A stretch of DNA of 64,000 nt, taken from contig JAQGDQ010000198.1 in NCBI GenBank assembly GCA_030141605.1, positions 248,001 through 312,000 of the forward strand. Reading direction: 5' to 3'. The first letter of the stretch is position 1. Each line of letters begins with the position of its first letter. Origin of the DNA: Tubiluchus corallicola (taxonomy: Eukaryota; Animalia; Priapulida). Below the pieces are notes generated by a model, which did not search any database, was not told the origin of the DNA, and was given only the letters and a program-made list of their open reading frames with translations. The position numbers and the translations under genes are program-made. Shown here piece after piece: positions 13,113-25,620 of this stretch.

Positions 13113-13760
13113 TTTTTTTTAAGGTAAGCTGTATAGTTTAATACTCAAGCTACAAATTTTTAAGTTAATTAGTATGTTACCAGGCAATCTTTTTTCTGAA
13201 ATACAGGTCATTTTATAATTTTATTTGGGAAAGTAGCAGTTTATGGGGAGAATTACTTGATGAACTACATTTAAATGGCAAACCTGTGCTAAGACACTAC
13301 AAATAGTTAAGAAACATGCTTCCAGTTTCTGTCGTCATCCTTTGTGTGCCTTTTTTACATTCTAAAAAACCTGTTGAGGCCAGGCACTATCTGCTTCCAC
13401 CGCCCACAATGCATCATGCAAATTTAGAGTTATATTTGCTAAACTTTTGTGGCTGTATATATATATATATATACAGCTACAAAAGTTCTACTTCTACATT
13501 CTAGTTCAGCAATAAAACTGCGAAAGGTCCATTAATTGTGCTATTGATACATGTAATGTACATTATAAACTAACCTTGATCTGGAATTTGATGTCTGACA
13601 TTTACTGATGATTTGCCATGATGCCCAGGAAGTTTTTTGACAAAAAGCACGGTTTCGTTAAAATTACGTAAGATATATGGCCGACTGGCTGTTATCTTTG
13701 AGCCGTGTGACTAACTGGTAGTGTAATTTAATTTATCCCGGTTAGATTTAAACTCGCGTT

Positions 13761-13925
13761 TAAACCTCTTTATAACCCCCCCCCCCCCCATAATGCCAAC
13801 CTTGTCTAACGCCAAAATTTTTGGGCAAAACAAAATGTCTTTTTTGCATGGATGTGTGCCAAACTCGCTTAGCGCCCCAACCTTTTTTGCAGTCCCAGAG
13901 AAGGCGGTATAAAGAGGCTTGACTG
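13761..13925. mobile_element. Short pogo/Tigger-type MITE remnant
   Basis: Inverted ends aaacctctttataacc and ggtataaagaggcttgactg followed by TA. A related terminus (tacagtcaaacttcttttat) occurs at about 1020. Confidence 0.5.
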
Positions 13926-15990
13926 TACAACATTACCAGCCTGGTTATTTCTCTTGGATATTTTACTGAAACTGCACACTTATAGATGGGCATCCAATCC
14001 CAGATTGACAATTCGACAGCTACTGGCCGACTTTTCGTGCTTATCGTAATAATGGCTCGCGTAGTACAGTTGGCCTATTCATGATAATAGTTAGTGGTGC
14101 GTACGACACCTTGAATAGTAGTTTCTTGGTACAGTACAGTAACTCTGTATTTGGTGCACCTGCGACACACGTTGAAAAAAAAACAATAGCAGAATTTGTT
14201 GAACCGCTTGACAAATCAACTACTTACAGAATTTACATTTCTAAGAGAGTCTTGCATTCACTGTTCTTTAAAAATCAAAACAAAATCTGTCATTACTGCC
14301 TTATTGTCTAGTTCTTTTTTCGTCGATCGTACCTAAGAACCGTGGTTATTTTGCAATTTTAAATTTTACAAAACGTGAAAACGATCGCTGTTTGTCAGAA
14401 GCATTGTCAGACATCGGGCAAAAGATAACTTGGCAGTGAGACATTATTTTGTAAAGCAAAAGTGATCAGAAAATGGACAAGAAAGCAGTCTTGTCCGAAA
14501 TACCAGTGATGTCACGCTAAAACTTTTACGCGTTGTTCTTCGTTATTAATATTTTTCATCTGTAAAATATAGTGCGGACCGTGTGGACAAACCTATGATT
14601 TGAGCTTAACACTAAAATACCAAAATGCGAGTACTCCAGTCTCTTCCTTACCAGCGTATCGCTTGATTTTGGACAAATGTAAATACAGCGAGAGTCACAC
14701 ATGCGCAGTGTCGTTCCTAATGGGACGTAACTTCCGCTTTCTTCCCCGATTTTTCGTTTTTCACAAGATGCCTGTGCGGCGCTAAATTTGAAGTGTTTCA
14801 ATGCTAGCCAAAGCGAAACGCGCAAGTGTATAAAAAAATAAAGCCGCTTTTTTGTATCAAGCTAGTCAATAGTGAGTTTTGACAGCAAGTGTCTACCTGG
14901 GTGTCAATCGACCTTTAAGCCAACACATATCAGGCTGTATTGCTTGTTGCCCTAACATTTCTAAAAAAATCTAGTTGTAAGCTGTTGACTATTGCCTTAA
15001 ATTTTATCGTGTCTAATTAAAAGACCAGGAATGTCACTACAAACTTTTTTATAGTTGGAATTTAATTAGCTAATGTAGAAGAACGGTAGAAACAAATGGT
15101 AGTAGGTACTTCTAGTTATTCCATTATCGTTTGCTGGTCATCAGTAGTAAATTTTGTTGCTTAATTTCTTAAGTACACTAGTTTATGATACTGAAACATT
15201 TTTTGTATACATTCGAGAGAAAAACGTTACGGAAACTAATTTGAACTGAATATGTTTAGTCTGGTAGCAAGCTGGAGTAGAGCTTATTTCTATACATGGA
15301 GCTCTGCAATTCAGTACTAGAACAGTAAGGTGCTTACTTGTCTTTGTAGGTCTTATATTCCCAGTGTAGATAACTTAACACAATAATATTGTGTATACTA
15401 TAGTCATTGTGTATAAACCTTGAGATACAGTTTTGCATAATGCATAAGGAGGCAGATATCGGTTTTGTATGACTGTTTGCTTTCTGTTTTTCATCTCATT
15501 GCTGTATACATAGTGCTCTACGTCCTGTCAATACTTGGATGCTATTGGCAGTACAACTATAAGTTACATTTAGGAGTTTAAATTTTAATTAAAACTGCAT
15601 GTGGTATACATATGATACAATGGGTATCATAGTGTCGAGAAACATAAATCCAGGTAAAAAAGTCAAGAAATAGGTAATAACCCTAACCCTAAGATACTGA
15701 ACAGAATGTGATTTTTTTCACATATGTAGTGCCACCATTTATAAATAGTGTTATCAATATGTACAAATCTTCTATTGCCAGTTCTTAACTGATTTAATTA
15801 TTTGCTGTTTTATTACTTTGTTTCTATAAGCGGTATTTAAATAAAATGTGACTGACTTGAATATTTTTGTTTGGTTGTCGGACTTTCCTTCCTAGCCAAA
15901 CTTGTGACTTATTTCCAGCACCACAAATTAATTGTGACTTTTTTCTGTGGCTTTTTTTCATGCGACTCTATTGCCGGTCACCAACATGAT

Positions 15991-16100
15991 AGCTCACTAG
16001 ATTTTGTTACCGTGTATGAAAAAGTTTGTACTATTGGTCCATGTGAGCTCACTAGATTTTGTTACCGTGTATGAAAAAGTTTGTACTATTGGTCCATGTG
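15991..16100. repeat. Perfect 55-bp tandem duplication
   Basis: agctcactagattttgttaccgtgtatgaaaaagtttgtactattggtccatgtg occurs twice. Confidence 0.9.
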
Positions 16101-16506
16101 TTTCTGACGTCCGTGTTTCGAGTAAATTCCTAAATTTACAATTTCTATTGTGCTGTGTAGCGTGAAGTTTTTATCCTTAAAATTTTTGCATCCCTGGATG
16201 ACATTCGGGATTTTTCCAGGTCAGTAACCACTAGGTATTTTCAGTGATGTTTTCATAGTTGCAGAAAAAATTTATATTGTACTTGATATACCTAGTAACT
16301 TTATTTGGATATAGATCTGAGTCTCCGATTTTTGATATGATCACGCACAAGTTACAGTTATCATTGCATTCATCTTAAAGCAGCTAATTTGAATTTCCTT
16401 AGATAAAATAATTCTTATGTATCTGTACGTGCAAACTTGTGTCAACATCCTGATTCCTGAATCTATATTGTATTGTATTGTATACTTAGTTGAAATAAAC
16501 TAACAG

Positions 16507-16742
16507 TTGTACTGTATACATAGAAGATCCCACTACATAAACGAACATTTTCCTCTAATTCCGGTTGTAAGTGAATATTTAGCTGAACTGATACCTAACT
16601 AAAGCTACAGGTACCATCATCATACAACTGTATACTTGGAAGATCCCACTACTTAGTTAAGGCTCATTTCTTTTAATTCCAGTTATAAGTGAATACTTAT
16701 CTAAATTGATATCTAACTAAAGCTATAGGTACCATCGTCATG
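16507..16742. repeat. Diverged ~117-bp tandem duplication
   Basis: gaagatcccactac...aactaaagcta(c/t)aggtaccatc occurs twice. Confidence 0.8.
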
Positions 16743-18109
16743 CGATTGTAGCACGATCTTTGCTGTCATTTTCAAACAATTCACGTTTATTGTTAAACCA
16801 GTTTTCCTACCATTCCTGTCCATCTAAACTTGTTAACGACTTGAAATCTTCAAGTCTTGAACAAGACTTGGCAAAATAAAATGATTTATTATGGTACATG
16901 GACTATTTGGACTTGCGTTGTAGGGTTGAAGATATAATTATAATATGTAGGCTAGCAACACTGGGGTATGCATACGTGATAAGATAAGAATTTTGTTACA
17001 CCGACTTGATCTAAGCAAATACAGCCACTAAAGTATATTCACCTTTAAGAATCTGGCCTTGAGATTTTGTTTCTATGCATAGCATAACATAAATGAAGTC
17101 TTTTCCCTATTCTTTCTTTGATTTTTATATTGTGTTGTACTTGTTTAGGGTGTATAATATATGGTTGTTATAGCTCTATGCTTGTAAGTGTTTATTTTAC
17201 TACATTAGATAATGTATGTGACAAATAAAATGTGTATATCTACATAGCTAACGCTATTTAACATACATGTAGTGATTCTATGTATTTAAGCATCAATAAG
17301 CATTTAAACAAGGTTATAATATGGACTTTGTTATGCTTGGTAGTGGCCACGTCATTAATAGAAAGGACGAAAGTACACATATGGTAGTATTGCTGCGTAG
17401 CACATATGAGTCTAAAGATTAAATTGCCAGGCAGGTCTTTTTCGCTGTCTTGACTGAACATTTGATCATTGCTTTGCTTGAATAAAAAGTTGTAGTTATT
17501 ATGTACTATAGTTGCTTTAATAGTTTAATTAAACGCCCTGAAGGTTGAACTTATTAATAGTTAGTGTAATTAGTAACTACTAAGATCTTTAACGACTAGA
17601 TAATCGGAAATCGGATTTTCACGTGCTGCATGTGCTATCTAAGATTTACAAGTATGTTATGGCTTCGGAAGCAATCAATAATATTGACATCTTGCTAGTG
17701 CGCCTTGTATGTAGGTACTGTATCTTGACGTTGCTTTGGACATTCGGCAAGTCCATCACTTCGATAAAACATTTTTACAAGTTATCGTTTATCAGTTGTA
17801 AATCACAGATTAGCACCTTTTCCCCCGTCCAGTTCTGATAATTCACTCAAAATGAAAAATGCACAGCTAACATGCGGTAGTACCACTGTGCAATTTATAA
17901 AACTAGTCAGTTTGTTATAGACTGTATTGTTATAAGCTGCTATAACTGTCTCATTACTGTTTACCACAGATTACCGTAGATCGACAGGCTGAAGCCTATA
18001 ATTATGTAGGCCTTTTGCCTGATTTTCTCTCTCCTTATGCCTCGGTTTATCGTTTTCTCTCTTGCTTTCGTGATGAAATTTTGAAATTAATAATAGTTGC
18101 TAAACATGT

Positions 18110-18271
18110 TGTTATAACCATAAATAAAAGAGAAAATGATTGGAATTATGGCTTTATTCCAATTTAAAGAGCAGCGCCATTCCAATTACAAATTAAGGTG
18201 CGCTGCTTAAAAGAACACCAAACCAAAGTGTTGTAATAGGCATAGATGTTAATTAGTTACTCCACATAACA
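18110..18271 (-). repeat. 3' LTR
   Basis: TG..CA termini with a 6-bp terminal inverted repeat, adjacent PPT, and AATAAA on the minus strand at 18153-18158. Confidence 0.95.
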
Positions 18272-18531
18272 TTCTTCCCTCCTAAGAATTTGGGAACATT
18301 TAAAGCTACAATATCAATTATAAGTGTTATCAAATTGAACCAGACAAACAGTTCAAAGTTAACAGTATTAACTCGGAAACTAAACAAAATTAAGTACAGT
18401 TAGTTTAAGATACTTATATAAAAGGGATTTGATAAGCAGTATACTGATTCACTGAATGTAATGTCCAATGCATATGAATTCTAAAATTAGCAAGAGTTTG
18501 ATAAAGTTACATCCAATTCAGTTCACTACAA

Positions 18532-21500
18532 TTAATCACAATAGCGTGCTGGCATTTTCCCTTTGTTTGCTCTAGAAGACCTCCTTACAGATTCTACTTC
18601 TTCACTGTCAAGTGCAATTTCTGTAATCTCTTCCTTCCCACTAGTGAAAACTCCATCCATCTTTGTATTAAGTGTATCCTGATTTGAGACTGTTTCTGTG
18701 TGTACAACGTTATGGGAATTCACAGGTTCCATGACCAGTTTTCTTTGAGGTTCTTCATTCTCTCCATCTATCACTGCTCTGCCACTTTCATCAACCTTTC
18801 CGCATGGTGCTAAGTCTTTAATAGATACAGTGCTTTCCCCCGGCCATCATGATATCGTCGTATATGTGCATATTGGGGATTTGCTTCAATTAAATCTACC
18901 ATATCCACCAGAGGATCAGACTTGCAGGTTCTAACAAATCGTCTTAACAGTACAGGTCCAGGAGAAGTGAGCCAGCTGGGCACCGAACCTCCACTAGCTG
19001 ATCTGCGAGCAAAATTAAAAAACAATTCATGCGGGGTGGCATTAGTGGACTTACACAGTAATGACCGAATCGCATGTAATGCTTCTGGTAAAACAATCTC
19101 CCAAGCTTTGATGTCTAAATTCTTGGATTCCAGTGCTGACTGTATCGACTTCCATATTATTCCATTGTATTTTTCACATTGCCCATTACCACGTGGATTA
19201 TATGGAGTTGTTCGGCTAGTTGCAATTCCCCTGGAGTGCAGAAATTCTCGAACTTCTGCTGACAGAAAACTAGCACCTCGATCCGAATGTATGTAAGCTG
19301 CACATCCACGAAATGAAAAAATTTGACTAAGGCCCTGTATCACAGTCTGAGCAGATAAATCTGCACACGGTATGGCAAATGGAAATCGGCTATACTCATC
19401 CACTACAGTTAGAAAATATTTGTTTGAGGTGCTACTGGGCAAAGGACCATTAAAGTCAATGTTCAACCTTTCCATTGGTCGCACAGCTTTAATAAGAGTT
19501 GCTCTTTCAGGCTTCATGAATCTAGGTTTCAATTTACAACATGCTGGACACTGAAAAGTGATTTTACGAATTTCATCCAAAGTATATGGTAAGTTTTTGG
19601 TTCTCACAAAATGGTACAGCCTAGTAGCTCCTGGGTGACATAAAGCCTCATGCAAAGTTTTTAAGTAATTCAAATCTGAAAATGTAGTTGCGCATCTGGA
19701 AAGTGCATCTGGGGCTTCATTATTTTTGCCCGGTCTGTATCTAATATCATAGCTAAATATTGTTAACTGTACCCTCCATCTCTGAATCTTATCATTCTTT
19801 ACTTTACTTTTCTGCTTTTGATCAAACATGAATGATACTGACCTTTGATCTGTCACTAAGGTGAAGTGTCGCCCCATTAGAAGATGTCGCCATCGCTCCA
19901 ACGATTCTACTATAGCATAAGCTTCTTTCTCCACAGAAGCATGGTTTCGTTCTGAACGATTTAGTGTCCTAGAATAAAAGGCCACTGGTCTTCCAGCTTG
20001 ATTTAATGTAGCAGCAATTGCCGTTTCAGATGCATCTGTTTCCACCACAAAAGGTATGTCGTCCTCTATATCTTTAATAGCTGCAGACTCAATATCAGCT
20101 TTCAGTTGAAAAAAAGCATGTTTTGCTTCACTGCTTAAAGGAAATTTATTAGCTTCAGTCAGCGGCCTTATCTTTGCTGAAAAATTTGAGATCCATTGCG
20201 AATAGTATGCTAATAATCCTAATACACGTTTAAGCGACTTCTGACTGTTTGACTCTGGCATATCCTGTAATGTTTTCAATCTATCAGGATCTGGTTTGAT
20301 GCTCCCTTTGCTAATCTGATACCCCAGCATTTTAACTGTTTCCGTAGAATAGACACACTTTTTCTCGTTAAGTGTTAAGTTTGCTCTTTTTGCAGCCTCT
20401 AATAATTTCTGCAAATTTTCATCATGTTCTTGCTGAGTCATGCCACCTAGTGTAATGTTGTCCAGATATGCATACGTATCTTTCAAACCAAAGTCCTGAA
20501 TAAACTCATCCATTTTCCTCTGAAAACAGGAAACTCCATTGGTGATTCCAAAAGGCAGGCATGTAAATTGATATAATTGCCCATTAGCTTCAAATGCCGT
20601 ATATTTTCTACCTTGTTCTCTCAGCGGTATCTGATGATATGCTGATTCCAGATCTACAGTACTATAAAAACGGTATTTAGCCATTGTATTTGCTAAATCA
20701 CTCATTCGTTTAGCCGGATAAGCATCAAGTTCTGTAAATCTATTTATTGTTTGAGAATAGTCTATCACTAGTCTTCTGCGGTGATTTTCATTAGTAGTGA
20801 CCAGTACCTGGGCCCTCCAAGGCGAATTAGATTTCTCAATTCTACCATCTTTTAGCAGTTTTTCCACTTCTAGCTCAATGAATTTCGTTTTCTCGATGTC
20901 GTACCTTCGCGATTTAGTTGCCACTGGTTTAATGCCATCTGTTAGATTCTGAAAAGGCTCAGCCGGAGATAATTTCGCTCTCATTAATCCACAAACTTTT
21001 AGCGGTTCCTTCCCTCCCCCAAAATGAAGAGTAACTTTCTCGTGCTGAGACATGAAATCGTGTCCTAAAATTACGCCAGCACACAGATTTCGTAGAACAA
21101 GCAATTTAAGAGCATAATTTCTGTTTTGAAGAATCATATCTACATTACATACCGATTTCACTTCAAAACTCAATGTGGCAACTGCCATTCCAACTTTGTC
21201 ATTTGTTTGATCACATGGAATGCCCAATTGTTCTACAATTTCAGCATTGATGTATGAATCTGAACTGCCGCTGTCTATCAGTGCCTTCAATTCTGTTTGC
21301 TGAATAGTAATTTTTACGGTCGCTTTAGTTAAACTGTTAGGAGTTCCATTCTGTTGATGTGCAGTTGCTAAAGTTAACCAGTTCGATTGATAATTATCAC
21401 TTTTGTTCTTTCTCACAAGTGATGCAGTTGTCTTTTCAGTACATTTTCTTGAAAAATGTCCCCATTTGTTGCACTTAAAGCACTGTTCATTTTTCGCTGG

Positions 21501-22234
21501 ACACTTATTTTTGATGTGGCTATATCCGCAAGATTCACACACAGTCTTAGAATTAGCCCTAGCACCGTATTGTTTTTTCTTTATGCTAGCAAGAGAACAA
21601 TCTCTGTGGTCATCTTCTTTACTTGCCGTAAAAGCCGCTATACCACCAATGTCTGACATTGCATTTCCGATATAATTTGATGAATGGGCCATAGCCATTT
21701 CTGTAGATTTGGCAGTTTTTAACACTTTGTCCAAATCCAGCTCTTCACAGTCTACTAGTATCTTCTGCCTAATCTCATTTGAAGCCAATCCAGATATGAA
21801 GGCAGATAGGATGGCTTCGTTTTTGTACTGCTCTGCACTAACGGCATCAAACGAACACTCCTTAGCTAATTCTCTCAGAGTCTGCACGAATTTATCAATA
21901 GAATCACTTGACTTCTGCTTACAAGTCATCAATGCATGCCTAGCATAATGAATATTCTTTGGCTTTAAATAAACTTTTCTTAACGTGTCAACAGCGTCCT
22001 TGTAACTCTTGCATTCCGAAAATACTTTAAAAACTGAAGCAGGTACAGAGTTCGTTAACAGTTCAAATTTCCTTCTATCTACTTCTTCCGCCACGGCTGC
22101 TACTTCATCCTCTTCTGCTTGCTTAGCCACTGCCCTTCCTTGAAAATTTTCGAATGTTTTCAACCAGTGCTGAAATAGCTTGAGCTAGAATTCGGGTCCA
22201 CACTTAGCCTCTCAGGTCGAAGATATTTGTCCAT
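18532..22234 (-). pseudogene. Gag-Pol polyprotein with two frameshifts
   Basis: The start MDKYLRPERLSVDPNSS at 22234 is out of frame with the main ORF 18810-22163. That ORF has a CCHC knuckle (CFKCNKWGHFSRKC), protease LIDSGS, RT DLESAYHQ/YLDN, RNase H ETDAS..EKEAYA..TDQR and integrase HHCC plus D-D-E (IDF, HSDRG, GQCE). An extra G near 18840 separates the C-terminus (STVSIKDLAP..RRSSR, ORF 18532-18774). Confidence 0.9.
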
Positions 22235-22258
22235 CTTTTGTTTTAAATTGGAATAAAT

Positions 22259-22420
22259 TGTTATAACCATAAATAAAAGAGAAAATGATTGGAATTATGG
22301 CTTTATTCCAATTTAAAGAGCAGCGCCATTCCAATTACAAGTTAAGGTGGACTGCTTAAAAGAACACCAAACCAAAGTGTTGTAATAGGCATAGATGTTA
22401 ATTAGTTACTCAACANNNNN
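22259..22420 (-). repeat. 5' LTR
   Basis: Direct repeat of 18110-18271, followed on the minus strand by a self-complementary PBS and the gag ATG. Confidence 0.93.
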
Positions 22421-24109
22421 ACATGTTGATTATTCTAGCTGCTGGCCTGTGGCAGCTTCGAATTTTTGGTGAGATGGAAAAAAACAGTTATGGCCGAATG
22501 TGGCGAGAACCATGTTAATAATACAGGTATTATAATAATTCGTAGCGCGAGTTGTAATTATTTAATGGTTACGGTAATCCTATTATAATATCATAATTAT
22601 TTTACACTGAATTTAAACACCTCTTGTACGTAGTGGTGCCCGAATACAAATGTAAGGGGCGAGAAAAGGGTACTTCAATCGACAATTGCAGCGGTGAACC
22701 TAATGATAACTTTTATAAGAAAAATCCGCTTCTGCTTGTTACGAAGCTGTTTATAAAATGAGTACTGTTAGAGATTTTTGCATTTGCACTACTGCAAGGT
22801 TTCTTAAAAAAGGGAGATATCTTTAGGATGGCTTTTGGGCGAAATTCTAGCGGGGTTCGGAGGTAGGGCCGGGAAAAACCTACGTATTTCCTGTATTTTA
22901 GACACTTTATCAGAAACAAAAATTCAGTGGGAAATTTAAATCACAAAGTAATACAAGCTTCTTGATTTTAAACTCTTAAAAAGCTCACCTAGGCTCCCAA
23001 CCGCAATGTATTTTTCTACAGTTAAGGACATTTTAGAAGCATTTAACGAGACTTGTAAAACAGACTTTTGACAAATCATCTAATGGCTTCAAGTACACTT
23101 TTCAAATTTTAGTACAGTGTTCTCACGCTGTAGGTTTTAGAAATTCCTAACATCAACAAGCTAAAAATTTCGTAGAGTCTCTTGTTAAGCGTAATGGAAG
23201 GCTATTTTCCATGATTTCTGAACAGAGAGTTTTTAAAGTTTCCGATTTCATGTATTCATCTGTACAGTCCGTACTAACAGCAGCAAACGCGTCAATCAAA
23301 ATGCATTATCTTAATATTAGTTTAGTTTTGCGCTAATTGAGGATGTCTGTTATTGTTAACTATTATTTTACACAAAACTCGGCGAACTCAGGCAATGTGA
23401 CCAAGTAAATAAGTAATAATTTATTTTAAGACAGGATTTCAACACAAGAGCACAAATCATGATATACCTTACTGTGCAATACTCTATACTGTTCTAATCA
23501 TTTTTTAGATTTTTAATAATTCAATTTTGCTCATTCTTTAAATGCGGGAGAAATAACATGTTGTTTTGGAGAGGGATAACTCTTGCAAATGCAATGGGCA
23601 CGACTAATGAGACTAACTTGGGTGACCAGGGTTTTTTGGGCAGACGTTCTGACACACACAGTTTGCTTACACTCTGGTTATGCAGGAGCGAGTTTTTTTT
23701 ACGTTAGACTCGGACACAGTTTTCCTTAGACTCAGTTAGATCATTTAGACGTATGGATTACTGGACATTGGGCCAGTTTAGATCAAAGACTATTAGATCA
23801 TTTAGACGCATGGATTATTGGACATGGGCCAGTTTAGATCAAAGACTATTGGGCACAATTCACTTTCGTCACAGGAACTGTTGGACACAGGCCATTTTGG
23901 GCACAGATCACTTTACTCACAGCACATGTTGGACACATGCCGATTAATGAACGTCTGTAATAGTACGGATTAACCTGAACCCGAAATTCAACCGATAGCA
24001 CAAGCTGTCGATTATCGCCGACTATAAATAACTAACCATACTTACATTTACAGAAAATATTGCCGACTTTTACTCTAGTATGTTGTAATACTAGTAGGTT
24101 CTTTGATGC

Positions 24110-24880
24110 CATCTGAAAAATCAAATGTAGGAAAAACAGCGCAGGAAAAAATGGCACAAATGGAAAAGTAGGTTAAAATGTCACAAGTAAAAATGACACA
24201 GGAAAATTGCCGCTGGAAAAAATGGTACTGTAAAAATAGCCTAGGTAAAAATTGGCACAAAAAACGGTAGAACTGGCACAGGAAAAATGGCGCACTTAGT
24301 AAAGTATGAGTTTAGGGCTAGAATTACCGTTGGGGATAATTATTTTGGTTATTTTTATTTCTACCAAGGAAGTTATGCTTCAGCACAGTTTGGTTATTTT
24401 TTGTCTGTTATGGCAGTAAGCCTATTATGCAACAACTACCTAATTGATTTTCATGAAACTTTGTGGAGAAGGCAGCTATTGAGTGCCAAAATGTGAAACT
24501 TCACCGGTTCTTTTTTCGCAAAACTTTCGTGAAACGCAAACGCAACATTCGTGAAACACTTCGTGAAGATGTTTAGTACTTCTTTTTTGTTATCCCCACT
24601 TGGACAAACAACGTACTGCAACTTGGTTCCAATTCCAGTTCAAGAAATTCTCACGTGTAAAACTGTGTAACGCTGTCTATAATCTTTACTTATTAACGAG
24701 CATAACCTTATAATGTGACTTGGTATGTGAATACGTATATATTTGTCAGTCTGTTGTCGACAAAATTACATCAGTATAGGGTATTTGTCATTTTTTTTCT
24801 ACTTTTCTATTTGTGCCATTTTTACATATTTTTCCATTTTTCCTGTGACATTTTTACTTATTTTTTATTTATGCCATTTT
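24110..24880 (+). mobile_element. Diverged HINE-like copy embedded in an (aaaaatggcaca)-type repeat
   Basis: ctaccaaggaagttatg..gattttcatgaaactttgtggaga and 24610-24770 are reverse-complement similar to 1150-1600 and 1770. The flanking aaaaatggcaca/tgtgccatttt units also occur at 790-970 and 1835-1880. Confidence 0.55.
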
Positions 24881-25606
24881 TGTTACGCACCGAAGCATCT
24901 GCCAATATTATGCAATATACCGCCAATGATTTTTTACTGTGCAGTAACGTTGACAAACACCGATGGCGACTCAAAATTTGAAGAATCCTATGGATCTCCT
25001 TGAGAAAATTTTGTCAAACGACATGTTTTCCTCTAACGTAGAGGCTTTGTTTACTTTCTGGGAAATTCAAAAGTTAAAGCCGTTATACACATGTTTACAT
25101 GTATACCATTATTATTCTTTTTTACTTCTTTCCCCCATGCTTCCAGCACCTTTATTTGTGTGTTTGTTTCTGAAGCTAAAGCAATGCCCGCTCGCACCGT
25201 CCAGAGCATCTTGTAGGACATTGCACAAAGAACTCAAATTGAGCTGTATATTGATTGGTTGCTGCTGTGTAGTTGTTACTGGTACTGTAGACGACACCAT
25301 GCATGTAGTAAAACAGTATGGCAGCCCGTCATGCTTTCACTTTCGTTGCAGTAGCTTTTACATTACACTCCCAGTAACTGTGCACGTACAGACGAAGTTG
25401 TACTGTATGGAATGTAAAGCAGTAGCATTTGTATCGTTTTGTCTCTCAGATGGTTACTTACACAGTCAACATTATTGTCAAAGTCAAAATCATAATTATA
25501 CAGGCCCAGGCGCGTGTCTAACTGGATACATAATTATACTGCGCAGTGGAAAACTGGTAAACAACTAAGTCTTTTGTTCGATAAACGTACTAAGTGACAG
25601 CCTTGT

Positions 25607-25620
25607 GTTACCATGACAAC
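25607..25620. promoter_or_regulatory. RFX X-box motif
   Basis: GTTACCATGACAAC (reverse complement GTTGTCATGGTAAC) fits the palindromic X-box consensus. The target gene is not identified. Confidence 0.4.

Larger units (their letters stand above)
18110..22420 (-). mobile_element. Full-length Ty3/Gypsy LTR retrotransposon
   Basis: 162-bp LTRs TGTTAT..ATAACA at 18110-18271 and 22259-22420 (last 5 nt are N), with 4 mismatches in 157 comparable nt. PPT ggagggaagaa (minus strand, 18272-18282). Flanks read (A)CATGT on both sides. Domain order is gag-PR-RT-RH-IN. Confidence 0.97.

Noticed and set aside
18922-21948. Plus-strand ORFs inside the retrotransposon
   Set aside because: Antisense shadows of pol with no recognisable motifs.
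24963-25568. 201-aa ORF
   Set aside because: No recognisable domain and a composition typical of non-coding AT-rich DNA.
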